Shown: positions 1 through 9,032 of the stretch, piece after piece
How the letters are laid out: each line of letters begins with the position of its first letter
Position numbering within the stretch: position 1 is the first letter of the stretch
NCBI GenBank assembly: GCA_002687935.1
Contig: NZBN01000006.1
Coordinates: 15,790-79,789, forward strand
Length of the DNA: 64,000 nucleotides
Direction: 5' to 3'
Source: Methanobacteriota archaeon
GTDB taxonomy: Archaea > Undinarchaeota > Undinarchaeia > Undinarchaeales > Undinarchaeaceae
Notes under the pieces: model-generated
The model's input: only the letters and a program-made list of their open reading frames with translations
The model's database searches: none
What the model was told of the DNA's origin: nothing
Position numbers and translations under genes: made by a program

Positions 1-1
1 A

Positions 2-493
2 TTTGCGAAAGAACGAGGCTATGCTGTGTTCTATGTAGGTGGTCTTACGAAAGAAGAGCTTGAGAAGCGCGGACTTGAAGTGAATGAAGCTAATGAGAGG
101 GAAATCAGAGAAAGTTTGAGAAAGGAATTTGGAATGGATGTTTATGCGCAGAAGATTTCTGAGAAAATTGCTGCTTCAGGAGAGGAAATTATTCTTCTGG
201 ATGGTGTGAGGAGTTTTGAAGAGTATGAATTTCTGAGGAATAAGTACGGAAAGGACTTTTTGATGTTGAGTATTGTCGTTTCTCCTGATTTGCGCTATGA
301 AAGACTTATGAGCCGAGAGTTTAGAGGTCTTAGTAAAGAAGATTGTGTGAGTAGAGATATGTCTGAAATACGGAATATTAACCACGGCAATACTATAGCA
401 ATGGGAGATTATTATATTGTTAATGATGGAAGCGACAAAAGCGAGTTCAGGGAAAAGGTAAATGAAGTTCTTAATAAGCTTGTGGAATCATAA
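2..493 (+). CDS. P-loop nucleotide kinase-like protein (archaeal COG0237 / dephospho-CoA kinase-like), 5'-truncated by the window edge
   Basis: Frame is open from position 2 (FAKERGYAVFYVGG...). Motifs LDGVRSFEEY, RYERLMSR and DYYIVNDG are typical of this family; Walker A would lie before the window. Confidence 0.7.
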   Translation, partial: FAKERGYAVFYVGGLTKEELEKRGLEVNEANEREIRESLRKEFGMDVYAQKISEKIAASGEEIILLDGVRSFEEYEFLRNKYGKDFLMLSIVVSPDLRYERLMSREFRGLSKEDCVSRDMSEIRNINHGNTIAMGDYYIVNDGSDKSEFREKVNEVLNKLVES

Positions 494-537
494 GAAACTT
501 TATAAGGAAATAGATTATAGAAATAGAAGGGAGTAAG

Positions 538-795
538 ATGGCAAGAATTCCATTTAAAGAAGTTCAAACAAAAACAGTTGTTTCAGAGGGCGGAAGGATG
601 TTCGGAAAAGTCCTCGATATAACTGTGGATGTAGGAACTGGAGAATTGATTAACCTTATTGTTGAGCCGACAAAGTATATACTGGCTCATTTTGAGGATT
701 TGGTACGAGATAAGAAGGGAAGAATACTTTTGCCCTTCAGCGCAGTAACTGCTGTTGGAGACTTCGTTCTGGTAAACGAGAACGACGTTCTTTAA
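538..795 (+). CDS. PRC-barrel domain protein (CdpB-like)
   Basis: 85 aa with PRC-barrel pattern K-x-V-x-S-x-x-G-x-x-x-G-x-V-x-D-I...G...L-I-V-E-P...LLPFSAVTAVGDFVLV; SD-like GGGAG upstream. Confidence 0.85.
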   Translation: MARIPFKEVQTKTVVSEGGRMFGKVLDITVDVGTGELINLIVEPTKYILAHFEDLVRDKKGRILLPFSAVTAVGDFVLVNENDVL

Positions 796-814
796 ACTTA
801 AATTTTAAAAATAA

Positions 815-1147
815 TTAAGCTTCTAGTGCTTTTTCTAAGGTTTCTGAGAGACTTTCCTTTTGTTGGAGTCCCGTCATCTCTTCAATTATTTCGCCATTTT
901 TGAATATTTTTATGTTTGGGATTCCCATGACGCCGTAAGATTCGGCAAGTTCTTTGTTTTGGTCTACATCTATCTTGTAAAATTCAACCTTGCCTGTATA
1001 TTCTTCTGAAAGCTCATCGAGAATTGGTGTAAGAACCTTACAGGGACCGCACCAGGTAGCGAAAAAATCCACAAGTATTGGTGTAGAGCCCGGTGCATTG
1101 AGAATCTTCTCTGTAAAATCTGCTTCAGAGTCTATAATTTTCATCAT
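815..1147 (-). CDS. trxA: Thioredoxin
   Basis: DFFATWCGPCK active site and cis-Pro motif GIPN; 110 aa. Confidence 0.95.
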   Translation of the reverse strand: MMKIIDSEADFTEKILNAPGSTPILVDFFATWCGPCKVLTPILDELSEEYTGKVEFYKIDVDQNKELAESYGVMGIPNIKIFKNGEIIEEMTGLQQKESLSETLEKALEA

Positions 1148-1196
1148 AATATTTCTTCTTGGGAGGATTTTTTTATATGCTTTTCCTAAAAATAAT

Positions 1197-2141
1197 TTAT
1201 TCAGTTCTTACTGTGTCTGCCAAGTCCTGAGAACTGTTGTTGAGATTAATTAGATTTCGGAGAATTGGGCGTGTGTCTTTGTTTTTAGGAAATTTATCGT
1301 AGTTGATGTTTTTTCCCAAGGATATTGCCTCGAGAGCGAATGCTTCTTTCTTCTTGAAAAAACCCTTTGATGCCATTTGATTTAGTTCATATGAATTTTC
1401 TAAATAAGTTAGAACTTGTTTTTGTGTTGAAATATTTTTGAGTTTGAGGAGAGACTCGGCGATTGATTGCAGACTGTCCCCCATCTGTTCTATAAATCTT
1501 GCGACAAGCCTGTAATCTATACAGTCGGAAGCGGAAATCTTTTCATTGTCCCTCAGGCTTGGTGTTTCGAGGATTTTTCTTATTTGTCTGATAATTAGAA
1601 AGTACAGACGATTTACTTCTTCATCTCGTTGAACTACATCTTTTAAGAGAGTTTTTGAACCTGTTTTTAGTGATTTTAATATATCTTTGTGCATAACAGA
1701 AACTATTGTGTACATCCTTCTGACTGATTTTGAAATGGAAATTTCAGCAGGATTTAGAAGATTATGAATAGTCATCGTATTAGAGGCCTCCTCCATTATT
1801 TCGTAGCCGAGGAGAAAGCGGAGGGTGTTCTTTAATTCCATTTTCCTTTTTTCAAGTGATTCTTTTCCTTCGAAAATTTTTACTATGTCGTAGCCAAGTA
1901 GGTACTTTTCTAGGAGATGGCGCTCAATGTTTGGACCTGATATAATTTCCACTTCACTTGGATTTTTTGAATTGTGTTCGCCTATTCTTACAGTGAGTGA
2001 ACCGTCTCCGTTTTCAGATAAAGAAAGTTTTTCGCCCTTGCTAAGTTTTTGGCGATTTATCCATTTCTTAGGGAGAGAAATGACATAGGTTGAGCCCCCT
2101 GTTTTCTGTATTTTTCTTAATTCAGCCATCAGACAATACAT
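1197..2141 (-). CDS. AbrB/SpoVT-PhoU domain phosphate uptake regulator
   Basis: N-terminal RKIQKTGGSTYVISLPKKW (AbrB-like) followed by PhoU repeats (RDEEVNRLYFLIIRQ, RFIEQMGD). Confidence 0.9.
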   Translation of the reverse strand: MYCLMAELRKIQKTGGSTYVISLPKKWINRQKLSKGEKLSLSENGDGSLTVRIGEHNSKNPSEVEIISGPNIERHLLEKYLLGYDIVKIFEGKESLEKRKMELKNTLRFLLGYEIMEEASNTMTIHNLLNPAEISISKSVRRMYTIVSVMHKDILKSLKTGSKTLLKDVVQRDEEVNRLYFLIIRQIRKILETPSLRDNEKISASDCIDYRLVARFIEQMGDSLQSIAESLLKLKNISTQKQVLTYLENSYELNQMASKGFFKKKEAFALEAISLGKNINYDKFPKNKDTRPILRNLINLNNSSQDLADTVRTE

Positions 2142-2216
2142 CTAGGAAAACTATATTCACTATATATTTTAAGGCTTTGCACAGGTATATAAACGCAAGA
2201 TTCCAGTTCACTAAAG

Positions 2217-3371
2217 ATGGTAGTTGAAATTATAGAGCTTGGAAAGAAGAGAATAAGCTTGGTGGGAACTGCGCACGTTTCCAAGAAAAGCATTACTGAA
2301 GTCAAGAAAATTATAACGAAGGAAAAACCTGATTCTGTTGCAATTGAGCTCTGTCCCGGTCGTTATGAGCAATTGATAAGTGGTGACAGCTGGCAGGATA
2401 TGAAGATTAATGAAGTTTTGAAGAGTGGGAAGTCCCACATCTTGCTACTTCATCTGGTGCTGATGAATTTTCAGAGGAGAATTGGGAATGAATTGGGAGT
2501 AAAGCCAGGGGAAGAGATGTTAGAAGCTGCGAAATCCGCTGAAAAGGAGGGAAGTACTATTGTTTTTGCAGACAGACCAGTAGAACTTACCATGCAGAGA
2601 ATGTTATCTATGATGGGTCTTAAGGAAAAGGCGAAAATTATGATGCATTTTTTTTCAGGTATGTTTGAAGCACAGATTGATGAAGAATTGATAGAGAAGA
2701 TGAAGGAAAAGGATGTTCTTACAGAAGCAATTGAGACTTTGAGCGGCATTGCACCATCGGCGAAGAGGGTTCTTATTGATGAACGGGATTCTTATATGGC
2801 CGCGAGAATTCTTGAAGCAGATGGAGAGAATATTGTTGCTGTTGTTGGAGCAGGGCATGTTGAAGGAATTAAAAAACTTCTTGAGAATGGAGTTCTTGTA
2901 AAAGTTTCAACACGAGCAAAGGTGCAAAAGAAGAAAATTAGTGGACTTAGGATTGCGATGTATGCCATACCTGCTTTGTTTTTAGGAATTATTGGATATG
3001 GTTTGTATAGTGGAGGCGCTGAGTTAACTCTTACTCTATTGTTGTGGTGGTTCTTGATAAATGGTACACTTTCCGCGCTTGGAACGGCTCTTGCGCTTGG
3101 GCATCCTATTACGATAGTGTCTGCTTTTCTGGTAGCTCCCTTTACTTCATTAAATCCTATGATTGCGGCAGGATGGGTTACAGGCTATATTGAAGCCGTA
3201 GTAAGAGTTCCGAGAGTTCGTGATTTAGAAGGGCTTGGAAAACTTGATAATTGGAGGGCCTTTTGGAAAAATAGAGTAACCAGAATACTCCTTGTTGTTG
3301 TGCTTGCGAATGTTGGGAGCTCCATAGGAACTTTTGTTGCACTTCCTTATCTTTTAACCCTGCTTGGTTAA
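2217..3371 (+). CDS. TraB/GumN (pheromone-shutdown-like) family protein
   Basis: LVGTAHVS, VAIELC, LIDERDSYMA and VAVVGAGHVEG motifs; C-terminal TM region with PFTSLNPMIAAGW. Confidence 0.92.
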   Translation: MVVEIIELGKKRISLVGTAHVSKKSITEVKKIITKEKPDSVAIELCPGRYEQLISGDSWQDMKINEVLKSGKSHILLLHLVLMNFQRRIGNELGVKPGEEMLEAAKSAEKEGSTIVFADRPVELTMQRMLSMMGLKEKAKIMMHFFSGMFEAQIDEELIEKMKEKDVLTEAIETLSGIAPSAKRVLIDERDSYMAARILEADGENIVAVVGAGHVEGIKKLLENGVLVKVSTRAKVQKKKISGLRIAMYAIPALFLGIIGYGLYSGGAELTLTLLLWWFLINGTLSALGTALALGHPITIVSAFLVAPFTSLNPMIAAGWVTGYIEAVVRVPRVRDLEGLGKLDNWRAFWKNRVTRILLVVVLANVGSSIGTFVALPYLLTLLG

Positions 3372-3406
3372 AATAAGAGTTTAACTTTGAATTTTCTCGA
3401 AAACTT

Positions 3407-4600
3407 ATGCTAGAGACATTATTATTTGCAGGGCTTGGTTGTATTTTAGGAACTTTCACAGGCCTTGTTCCAGGAATTCATACGAATACACTTGCGATCA
3501 TTATTGTAGGACTGGCGCCGAATTTAACGAAGTTTAACTCAATATCGATTGCAGCTCTTTTAATGTCGATGGGAGTAGTCCACACGTTTCTTGATTTTAT
3601 TCCGAGTATATTGTTGGGAGTTCCTGAAGGAGAAAGTGCTCTGTCTGTTCTTCCTGGACATTCACTTTTGATTGAAGGGAGAGGGATTGAGGCAATTAGA
3701 TTGACTGCGTTTGGAAGTTTTTCTGCTCTTTTGATAACTCTTATTTTATTTCTCCCTGCTCTGAAGATTATGGAGGCAGTCTATCCTTTGGTTCAAGGGA
3801 ATATTTTATGGATTTTGATGGCAGTTGTTATTCTAAGTGTTTTGTCAGAAAAACGAATTGTTCTAGCAACTATAATTTTTCTGGTTTCTGGTTTTTTTGG
3901 ATATTTTACTTTAGAAGCTTCAGGAAGTCTAATTTTTCCTGCCCTTTCTGGGATGTTTGGAATCAGTACTATGTTGATTAGTTTGAAAAGTCAAGCATTT
4001 CCACCTGAGCAGGAGTTTTGGAAAGGGAGGATAAAGAAAGAAGATGTGTTTAGCTCTTTTCTTGGAGCATTTGCTGGAATTTTAGTTAGTATATTGCCAG
4101 GTATTGGAGCGGCGCAAGCTACGTATATTGTTCAGAATGTTAGAAATACAGAAAGAGAGGACTTTTTGATTTCTGTTTCCGGAGTAAATACTGCAAATAT
4201 TATTTTTACACTTGCAGTTATGCATACTGTTGGGAAGATGAGGTCTGGTTTAGTTATTGCAATAAAAGATATTTTTCCAGGAATTGGACTTGGGGATATT
4301 TTTGTACTTCTTGGTGTTATTCTATTTTCAGGGATTATTGCATACTTTCTGCAGGTGAAAATAGGTGAATTTGTTGCAAGGCGCTTGGGAAAAATTAGTG
4401 GGGAATCCTATAGAAAATTGACTCTTACGGTGATATTGTTTGTTGTAATTTTGGTTTTGATGATGACAGGATTCCGTGGGTTTGTTGTTTTAATAATTGG
4501 AACAGTAATCGGGTTTTTTCCGCCAAAACTTGGAGTCAGGCGAGCTCAGTGTATGGGCTTCTTTCTGATACCGGTTTTGTTGTTTTATAGTAAGCTATAA
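3407..4600 (+). CDS. Archaeal TctA-family (tripartite tricarboxylate transporter-like) membrane protein
   Basis: GLVPGIHTN, FLDFIPSILLGVP and VLPGHSLLIEGRG motifs; ~10 hydrophobic helices. Confidence 0.85.
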   Translation: MLETLLFAGLGCILGTFTGLVPGIHTNTLAIIIVGLAPNLTKFNSISIAALLMSMGVVHTFLDFIPSILLGVPEGESALSVLPGHSLLIEGRGIEAIRLTAFGSFSALLITLILFLPALKIMEAVYPLVQGNILWILMAVVILSVLSEKRIVLATIIFLVSGFFGYFTLEASGSLIFPALSGMFGISTMLISLKSQAFPPEQEFWKGRIKKEDVFSSFLGAFAGILVSILPGIGAAQATYIVQNVRNTEREDFLISVSGVNTANIIFTLAVMHTVGKMRSGLVIAIKDIFPGIGLGDIFVLLGVILFSGIIAYFLQVKIGEFVARRLGKISGESYRKLTLTVILFVVILVLMMTGFRGFVVLIIGTVIGFFPPKLGVRRAQCMGFFLIPVLLFYSKL

Positions 4601-4636
4601 ATATGTAGTTAGGAGATAAATGGTGAGTTGTGGGAA

Positions 4637-4954
4637 ATGGGTAAAGAAGATATAATTAAGAGAATTAATCGAATTGAACAAGAAGGGTTTGATAAAATTT
4701 CGTCTGCAGAAGCGAGAAAGGATATGAAACTTACTGAGGCAGGAAAATATGCGTCCGGGCTTCTTGAAAAATTTAATGAGAATTCCGTCACTTATGTACA
4801 GGAACGTATAGATACGGAGAGAAAAAATCAGATGAAGCGGGCAAGGAAGTCTGTTTCTGTGGCGGAGAAAAAAGCTGCCAAGCTTGAGGAATCGGCAAAG
4901 AAGAAGATGACGAAGGCGGTAGACTACATTTTTAAAGAATTTACGAGGGTTTAG
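4637..4954 (+). CDS. atpH: A1AO ATP synthase subunit H (G)
   Basis: Charged helical protein first in the operon; ATG at 4637 follows GGTGAG. The ORF track starts at a TTG at 4628. Confidence 0.75.
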   Translation: MGKEDIIKRINRIEQEGFDKISSAEARKDMKLTEAGKYASGLLEKFNENSVTYVQERIDTERKNQMKRARKSVSVAEKKAAKLEESAKKKMTKAVDYIFKEFTRV

Positions 4955-4957
4955 CTT

Positions 4958-6808
4958 ATGATAAAGACCCCAGAAAAGATGTGCAAAGTCTCAATTGCTG
5001 GTTCTAAGCGAGTTTTAGAGGATACAATAAGAATATTGCACGAGAAGGAAGCAGTTCATCTTCTTGATTACGCCAAAACAAAGAGTGAAAAGGAGGGGGG
5101 AGTTTTTTCTATAGGAAATTCTTTAGAGAGGGCAGAGAATCTTTCGAGTGCTCTTGTAAAAGCACGATCTCTTATGCGTATATTGGGAGTTGAAAGAGTA
5201 TCTTCAGCTCCTTCTTTGAAAGAGAGTGATAAAATAGTTGAAAAACGGATTGAGTGGCTACATTCCGTTGTATCTGGCCTGTTAGAGGAAATGGAGAAAA
5301 TTCAGGAAGAACTTGTGGAAATTGAAATTGCTAGAGAGACTCTTAAGTTTGTTGAGATAATTGGAACTGAGGTTGAAATTTTAAAGGAATCAAACGAGCT
5401 TGCCCTTTATATGGGATTTGTAAATAGTGATCCTGAAGCAGCTCTAAGTGATTTGACGAAGCGGTTTGAGTTTTTTTCCGGAAAGATGCGAGGAGAGGTT
5501 GCGTTTGCTCTCTTTATTGAAAGGGAGAAAGGACCTGAGGCGTTGGCTGAGTTAAAAAAACTAGGATACAGGGAAATTGAATTTCCAGATAATCTTGAAA
5601 AATATGGAACAAGGAAGAAATTGGAAAGGACTGCAAAAAGTAATGAATTGGAATTGCAGGATTTAAATAAGAAAATTACACGCTTTACTAGAGTGGAAGG
5701 TAAATTTCTGCAGAAGGCTGAGTATAGTTTGAAGAGAGCTAGTGAGAAGGCAGAGGCTCCTTTGCAATTTGCTATAAGTAATAATTCCTTCGTCATTGAA
5801 GGGTGGATACCTCGAAAAAGATATTCTTCTTTGGAGAAGACTTTGGTGACAGAGTTTAAGGATAAGATTCATATAGAATGTGAAGAAGCATCTGAAGAAG
5901 ATGGTTTGACACCTCCGACGGAACTTATAAATCCAAAAATTGTGGATTCTTTTGAAGTTTTTATAGATTTATATTCCAAACCTACTTACAAGGAAATTGA
6001 CCCGACCAATTTTATTTTCCTTACATTTCCATTATTCTTTGGTTTTATTTTAGGAGATGTGGGCTATGGATTCATAACACTTGCTCTCTTTGGATTTTTG
6101 AAAACGAAGATGAGGAGTGAAACTGGACGAGGATTAATGAATGCTTTGATACTGGCTTCTTTGGCAACAATTGTATTTGGTTTTGTATTTGGAGAATTTT
6201 TTGGTGTTGAACCCTATCACCCGCTGATACCGAGAGCCCATAATATTAACATGATGCTTGGGATTTCACTTGTAGTGGGAATTGTTCATATAAATTTAGG
6301 ATATTTACTTGGATTGATTAATGAATATAGAAAGGGGGGTATTGGTTATATGGTGCAACATACTGGTAGCTGGGTGTTTTTTGAGTTGGCAGCAATTCTT
6401 GTAATTTTGCAATATTTGGATATGTTGACATTTGCGTATTCAAATTATATTGTATATGGTGTTCTTGTGGCCTCAATTGCACTTCTTTACAAAGGACATG
6501 GGATAATTGGTATTATAGAATTGCCAGCAATATTGAGTAATATACTTTCATATGCGAGACTTTTCGCAGTCGGGCTTGCATCAGTTGCTCTTGCAATGGT
6601 CATTAATGACTTTACTGGTGTTTTCTTCTCTGCCGGTGGTTTTGGGTATGTGGCAGGGACAATAACTCTAGTTTTAGGACATACGATAAATATATTACTT
6701 GGAATTCTTGGTGGATTCCTTCAGTCATTGAGGCTTCATTATGTTGAGTTCTTCACGAAATTCTATAAAGGAGGAGGGGAGGCTTATCTGCCTTTCGGAA
6801 AAGAATAA
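4958..6808 (+). CDS. atpI: A1AO ATP synthase subunit I (a)
   Basis: PTYKEIDPT, FFGFILGDVGYG, ILSYARLFAVGLAS (essential Arg) and LRLHYVEFFTKFY. Confidence 0.97.
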   Translation: MIKTPEKMCKVSIAGSKRVLEDTIRILHEKEAVHLLDYAKTKSEKEGGVFSIGNSLERAENLSSALVKARSLMRILGVERVSSAPSLKESDKIVEKRIEWLHSVVSGLLEEMEKIQEELVEIEIARETLKFVEIIGTEVEILKESNELALYMGFVNSDPEAALSDLTKRFEFFSGKMRGEVAFALFIEREKGPEALAELKKLGYREIEFPDNLEKYGTRKKLERTAKSNELELQDLNKKITRFTRVEGKFLQKAEYSLKRASEKAEAPLQFAISNNSFVIEGWIPRKRYSSLEKTLVTEFKDKIHIECEEASEEDGLTPPTELINPKIVDSFEVFIDLYSKPTYKEIDPTNFIFLTFPLFFGFILGDVGYGFITLALFGFLKTKMRSETGRGLMNALILASLATIVFGFVFGEFFGVEPYHPLIPRAHNINMMLGISLVVGIVHINLGYLLGLINEYRKGGIGYMVQHTGSWVFFELAAILVILQYLDMLTFAYSNYIVYGVLVASIALLYKGHGIIGIIELPAILSNILSYARLFAVGLASVALAMVINDFTGVFFSAGGFGYVAGTITLVLGHTINILLGILGGFLQSLRLHYVEFFTKFYKGGGEAYLPFGKE

Positions 6809-6853
6809 ATAGAATGGAGAGAGACTCACAAGGTACGAAAAAGGAGGTATAGA

Positions 6854-7087
6854 ATGGCAGACGTTGGAACAGGACTTATTGCAATTGGTGCTGGCTTGTC
6901 ACTTGGATTGTCAGCTATTGGAGCAGGAATAGCAGAAAAATCCATTGGAGCAGCAGCAGTTGGTGCAATGGTAGAAGATGAAAAACATTTCGGAAAAGCT
7001 CTTCTGTTTACGGTTATTCCGGAAACTTTGGTTATTTTCGGGCTTGTTATTGCAATAATGGCATTGCAGCTCGCACAGCACGCATAA
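6854..7087 (+). CDS. atpK: A1AO ATP synthase subunit K (c), single-hairpin proteolipid
   Basis: 77 aa, two TM helices, IPETLVIFG with the ion-binding Glu; SD GGAGGT upstream. Confidence 0.97.
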   Translation: MADVGTGLIAIGAGLSLGLSAIGAGIAEKSIGAAAVGAMVEDEKHFGKALLFTVIPETLVIFGLVIAIMALQLAQHA

Positions 7088-7088
7088 G

Positions 7089-7652
7089 ATGGGACTTGAA
7101 GAAGTAGAGAAAGACATTCTCCAGAGGATTGAGTCTAAGTCTAAAGCTATAGATAGCTTGGGAGAAAGGGAAGCAGACTCTATAATAGCTGAGGCTCGGG
7201 ATGAGATAAAAAATCTGACAAAAAAGAGGAACTCAGAGCTTGAGAAGACTATTGAAGGTCTTGAAAAGAAGGAAACTGCTTTTTCGAATTTGCAGGCGAG
7301 GAAAATTAATCTTGATGTGAGGAAAAGGATAATGGAGTCAGCCTATTCTAAAGCTTTTGTAAAGGTAGAAAAGATCGCTATAGGGAAAAAACAGACTTTT
7401 CTGAAGGCTCTCCTTAAGAAAGGAAGGGGAGAGATTGATGCATTTGGTGTTTATACTAATGCAGAAGATAAGGCTCTTTTGAAGAAACTTGCACCGAATT
7501 TAAAGCATCTTGGAAATATTGAAACGAGTGGAGGATTTATTCTTGTTAATAAAGAAGGAAGTGTTCAAGTAGACTATACTTTTGAGACTATTTTTGAAGA
7601 AACGCAGAGAAGCTCTTTGAAGGGGGTGTCAGATATATTGTTTGGAAAATGA
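7089..7652 (+). CDS. atpE: A1AO ATP synthase subunit E
   Basis: MGLEEV start, long N-terminal helix, GGFILVNKEGSVQVDYTFE C-terminal motif; operon position. Confidence 0.93.
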   Translation: MGLEEVEKDILQRIESKSKAIDSLGEREADSIIAEARDEIKNLTKKRNSELEKTIEGLEKKETAFSNLQARKINLDVRKRIMESAYSKAFVKVEKIAIGKKQTFLKALLKKGRGEIDAFGVYTNAEDKALLKKLAPNLKHLGNIETSGGFILVNKEGSVQVDYTFETIFEETQRSSLKGVSDILFGK

Positions 7653-8683
7653 AGGTGAATAAGAAGTTTGCGGCGGGGCAGGGAGAAATAACTGGAGAGT
7701 ATTATTATGCAGGAACGAGAGCAAGGGCAGGTATTGCAAAGAGGATCAAGGATCTTGATTATGAACGTTTTATTAAAATGGGTGTAAGTGAGATTGTAAA
7801 ATTTTTGGAAGAGCGCGATTATAGAGAAGAAGTAGATACTCTTGGAATGAAATATAGTAAAGTTGAATTGGTTGAGAGGGCGCTTTACCAGAATTTTGCG
7901 CAGGTTATTGACAGCATTTTGAAATATGTTCCAGCGCAGTCACCACTTATCACTTATGTTGAAAAATATGATATAGATAATATAAAGGCTATATTACGGG
8001 GGAAGAGTTCAGGAAGAGGGAATGATGAATTAGAACGGGTTCTTATTCCTGCAGGAAATTTGACAAAGGAATTTTATTCTAATTTAATTGAGAATACTTC
8101 GTCAGTAGCTGAGGTAATTCAGGCCTTGAAAATGACTCAGTATTATAGAATTTTGGCTGGACTTGATATAAAAGATATTGAAAGTCTGGAGGATGCTTTA
8201 GACAGAGCTTATTATGAAAAATTATTGGAAGCAGGGGAGGCAGATTTTGAATTTATGGTCTTTGTAAAGGAAGAAATTGACATCAGAAATGCTGTAACTA
8301 TTCTCAGACTCAGTAGGTCAAAAACAAAGACTGAGAAGAAATATTTTATTAGTGGAGGAAATATTACAATGAAAAATCTTGCAAGTCTTTCTGAAAAAGA
8401 TTTGCCAGGTATGATTGATTTTTTCAAGAAGCAGAAATTTTGGAAATATGTAGACGGTGGAATTAAAGATGTTGGGAAAATGGAAAATGGTTTGAGAAAA
8501 TATCTTATGATGAGGAGTACAGTTTTATTGAGAGATTACAATCCGAATTTAAAAACTGTATTGGGATATATTGTTGTTAAAGAAAGAGAAATGGCAAATG
8601 TCAGAATGATTGTCAGGAGTAAGCAGATGAAAAGCGTAGAAGGGGAGGTGCTTGTGAGGTCAGGGATGTACCTTGGAAATTAA
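7649..8683 (+). CDS. atpC: A1AO ATP synthase subunit C
   Basis: YYYAGTRARA, YDIDNIKAILRGK, EIDIRNAVTILR and KEREMANVRMI; operon position. Confidence 0.93.
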   Translation: MKVNKKFAAGQGEITGEYYYAGTRARAGIAKRIKDLDYERFIKMGVSEIVKFLEERDYREEVDTLGMKYSKVELVERALYQNFAQVIDSILKYVPAQSPLITYVEKYDIDNIKAILRGKSSGRGNDELERVLIPAGNLTKEFYSNLIENTSSVAEVIQALKMTQYYRILAGLDIKDIESLEDALDRAYYEKLLEAGEADFEFMVFVKEEIDIRNAVTILRLSRSKTKTEKKYFISGGNITMKNLASLSEKDLPGMIDFFKKQKFWKYVDGGIKDVGKMENGLRKYLMMRSTVLLRDYNPNLKTVLGYIVVKEREMANVRMIVRSKQMKSVEGEVLVRSGMYLGN

Positions 8684-9002
8684 TATGGAAATTTCAATAA
8701 TTGGTGAAAGAGATTTCACACTTGGCTTCCAGTTGTGTGGAATAAAGAATATACAAAATGTTGAGAAGTCAGATTATACTAACTTCAATAAGGTATTCAC
8801 TGAGACTATAGAGAATTCTGATATAGGGATTGTTGTTGTTAATGAAACTTATTATCAAAAAATGCCTATTCAGATAAAGAAAAAGCTTGAAAAACTGGTT
8901 TCTCCAGTTGTAGTTGCTCTTTCTGATGAAGATAGTGCAGGTGGCTCTGATTTGAGGACTTTGATAAAAAGGAGTTTGGGAGTAGACCTATGGAAAGAAT
9001 GA
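8673..9002 (+). CDS. atpF: A1AO ATP synthase subunit F
   Basis: ISIIGERDFTLGFQLCGI and IKRSLGVDLW; true start may be the second Met at 8685. Confidence 0.93.
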   Translation: MEINMEISIIGERDFTLGFQLCGIKNIQNVEKSDYTNFNKVFTETIENSDIGIVVVNETYYQKMPIQIKKKLEKLVSPVVVALSDEDSAGGSDLRTLIKRSLGVDLWKE

Positions 9003-9032
9003 TAAAGTTTATTATTAAAAAGATGGGGGGTA

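Noticed and set aside
2217-3371. TraB as evidence of conjugation
   Set aside because: It is the widespread TraB/GumN metalloprotease-like family, not a type IV secretion component; no other tra genes are present.
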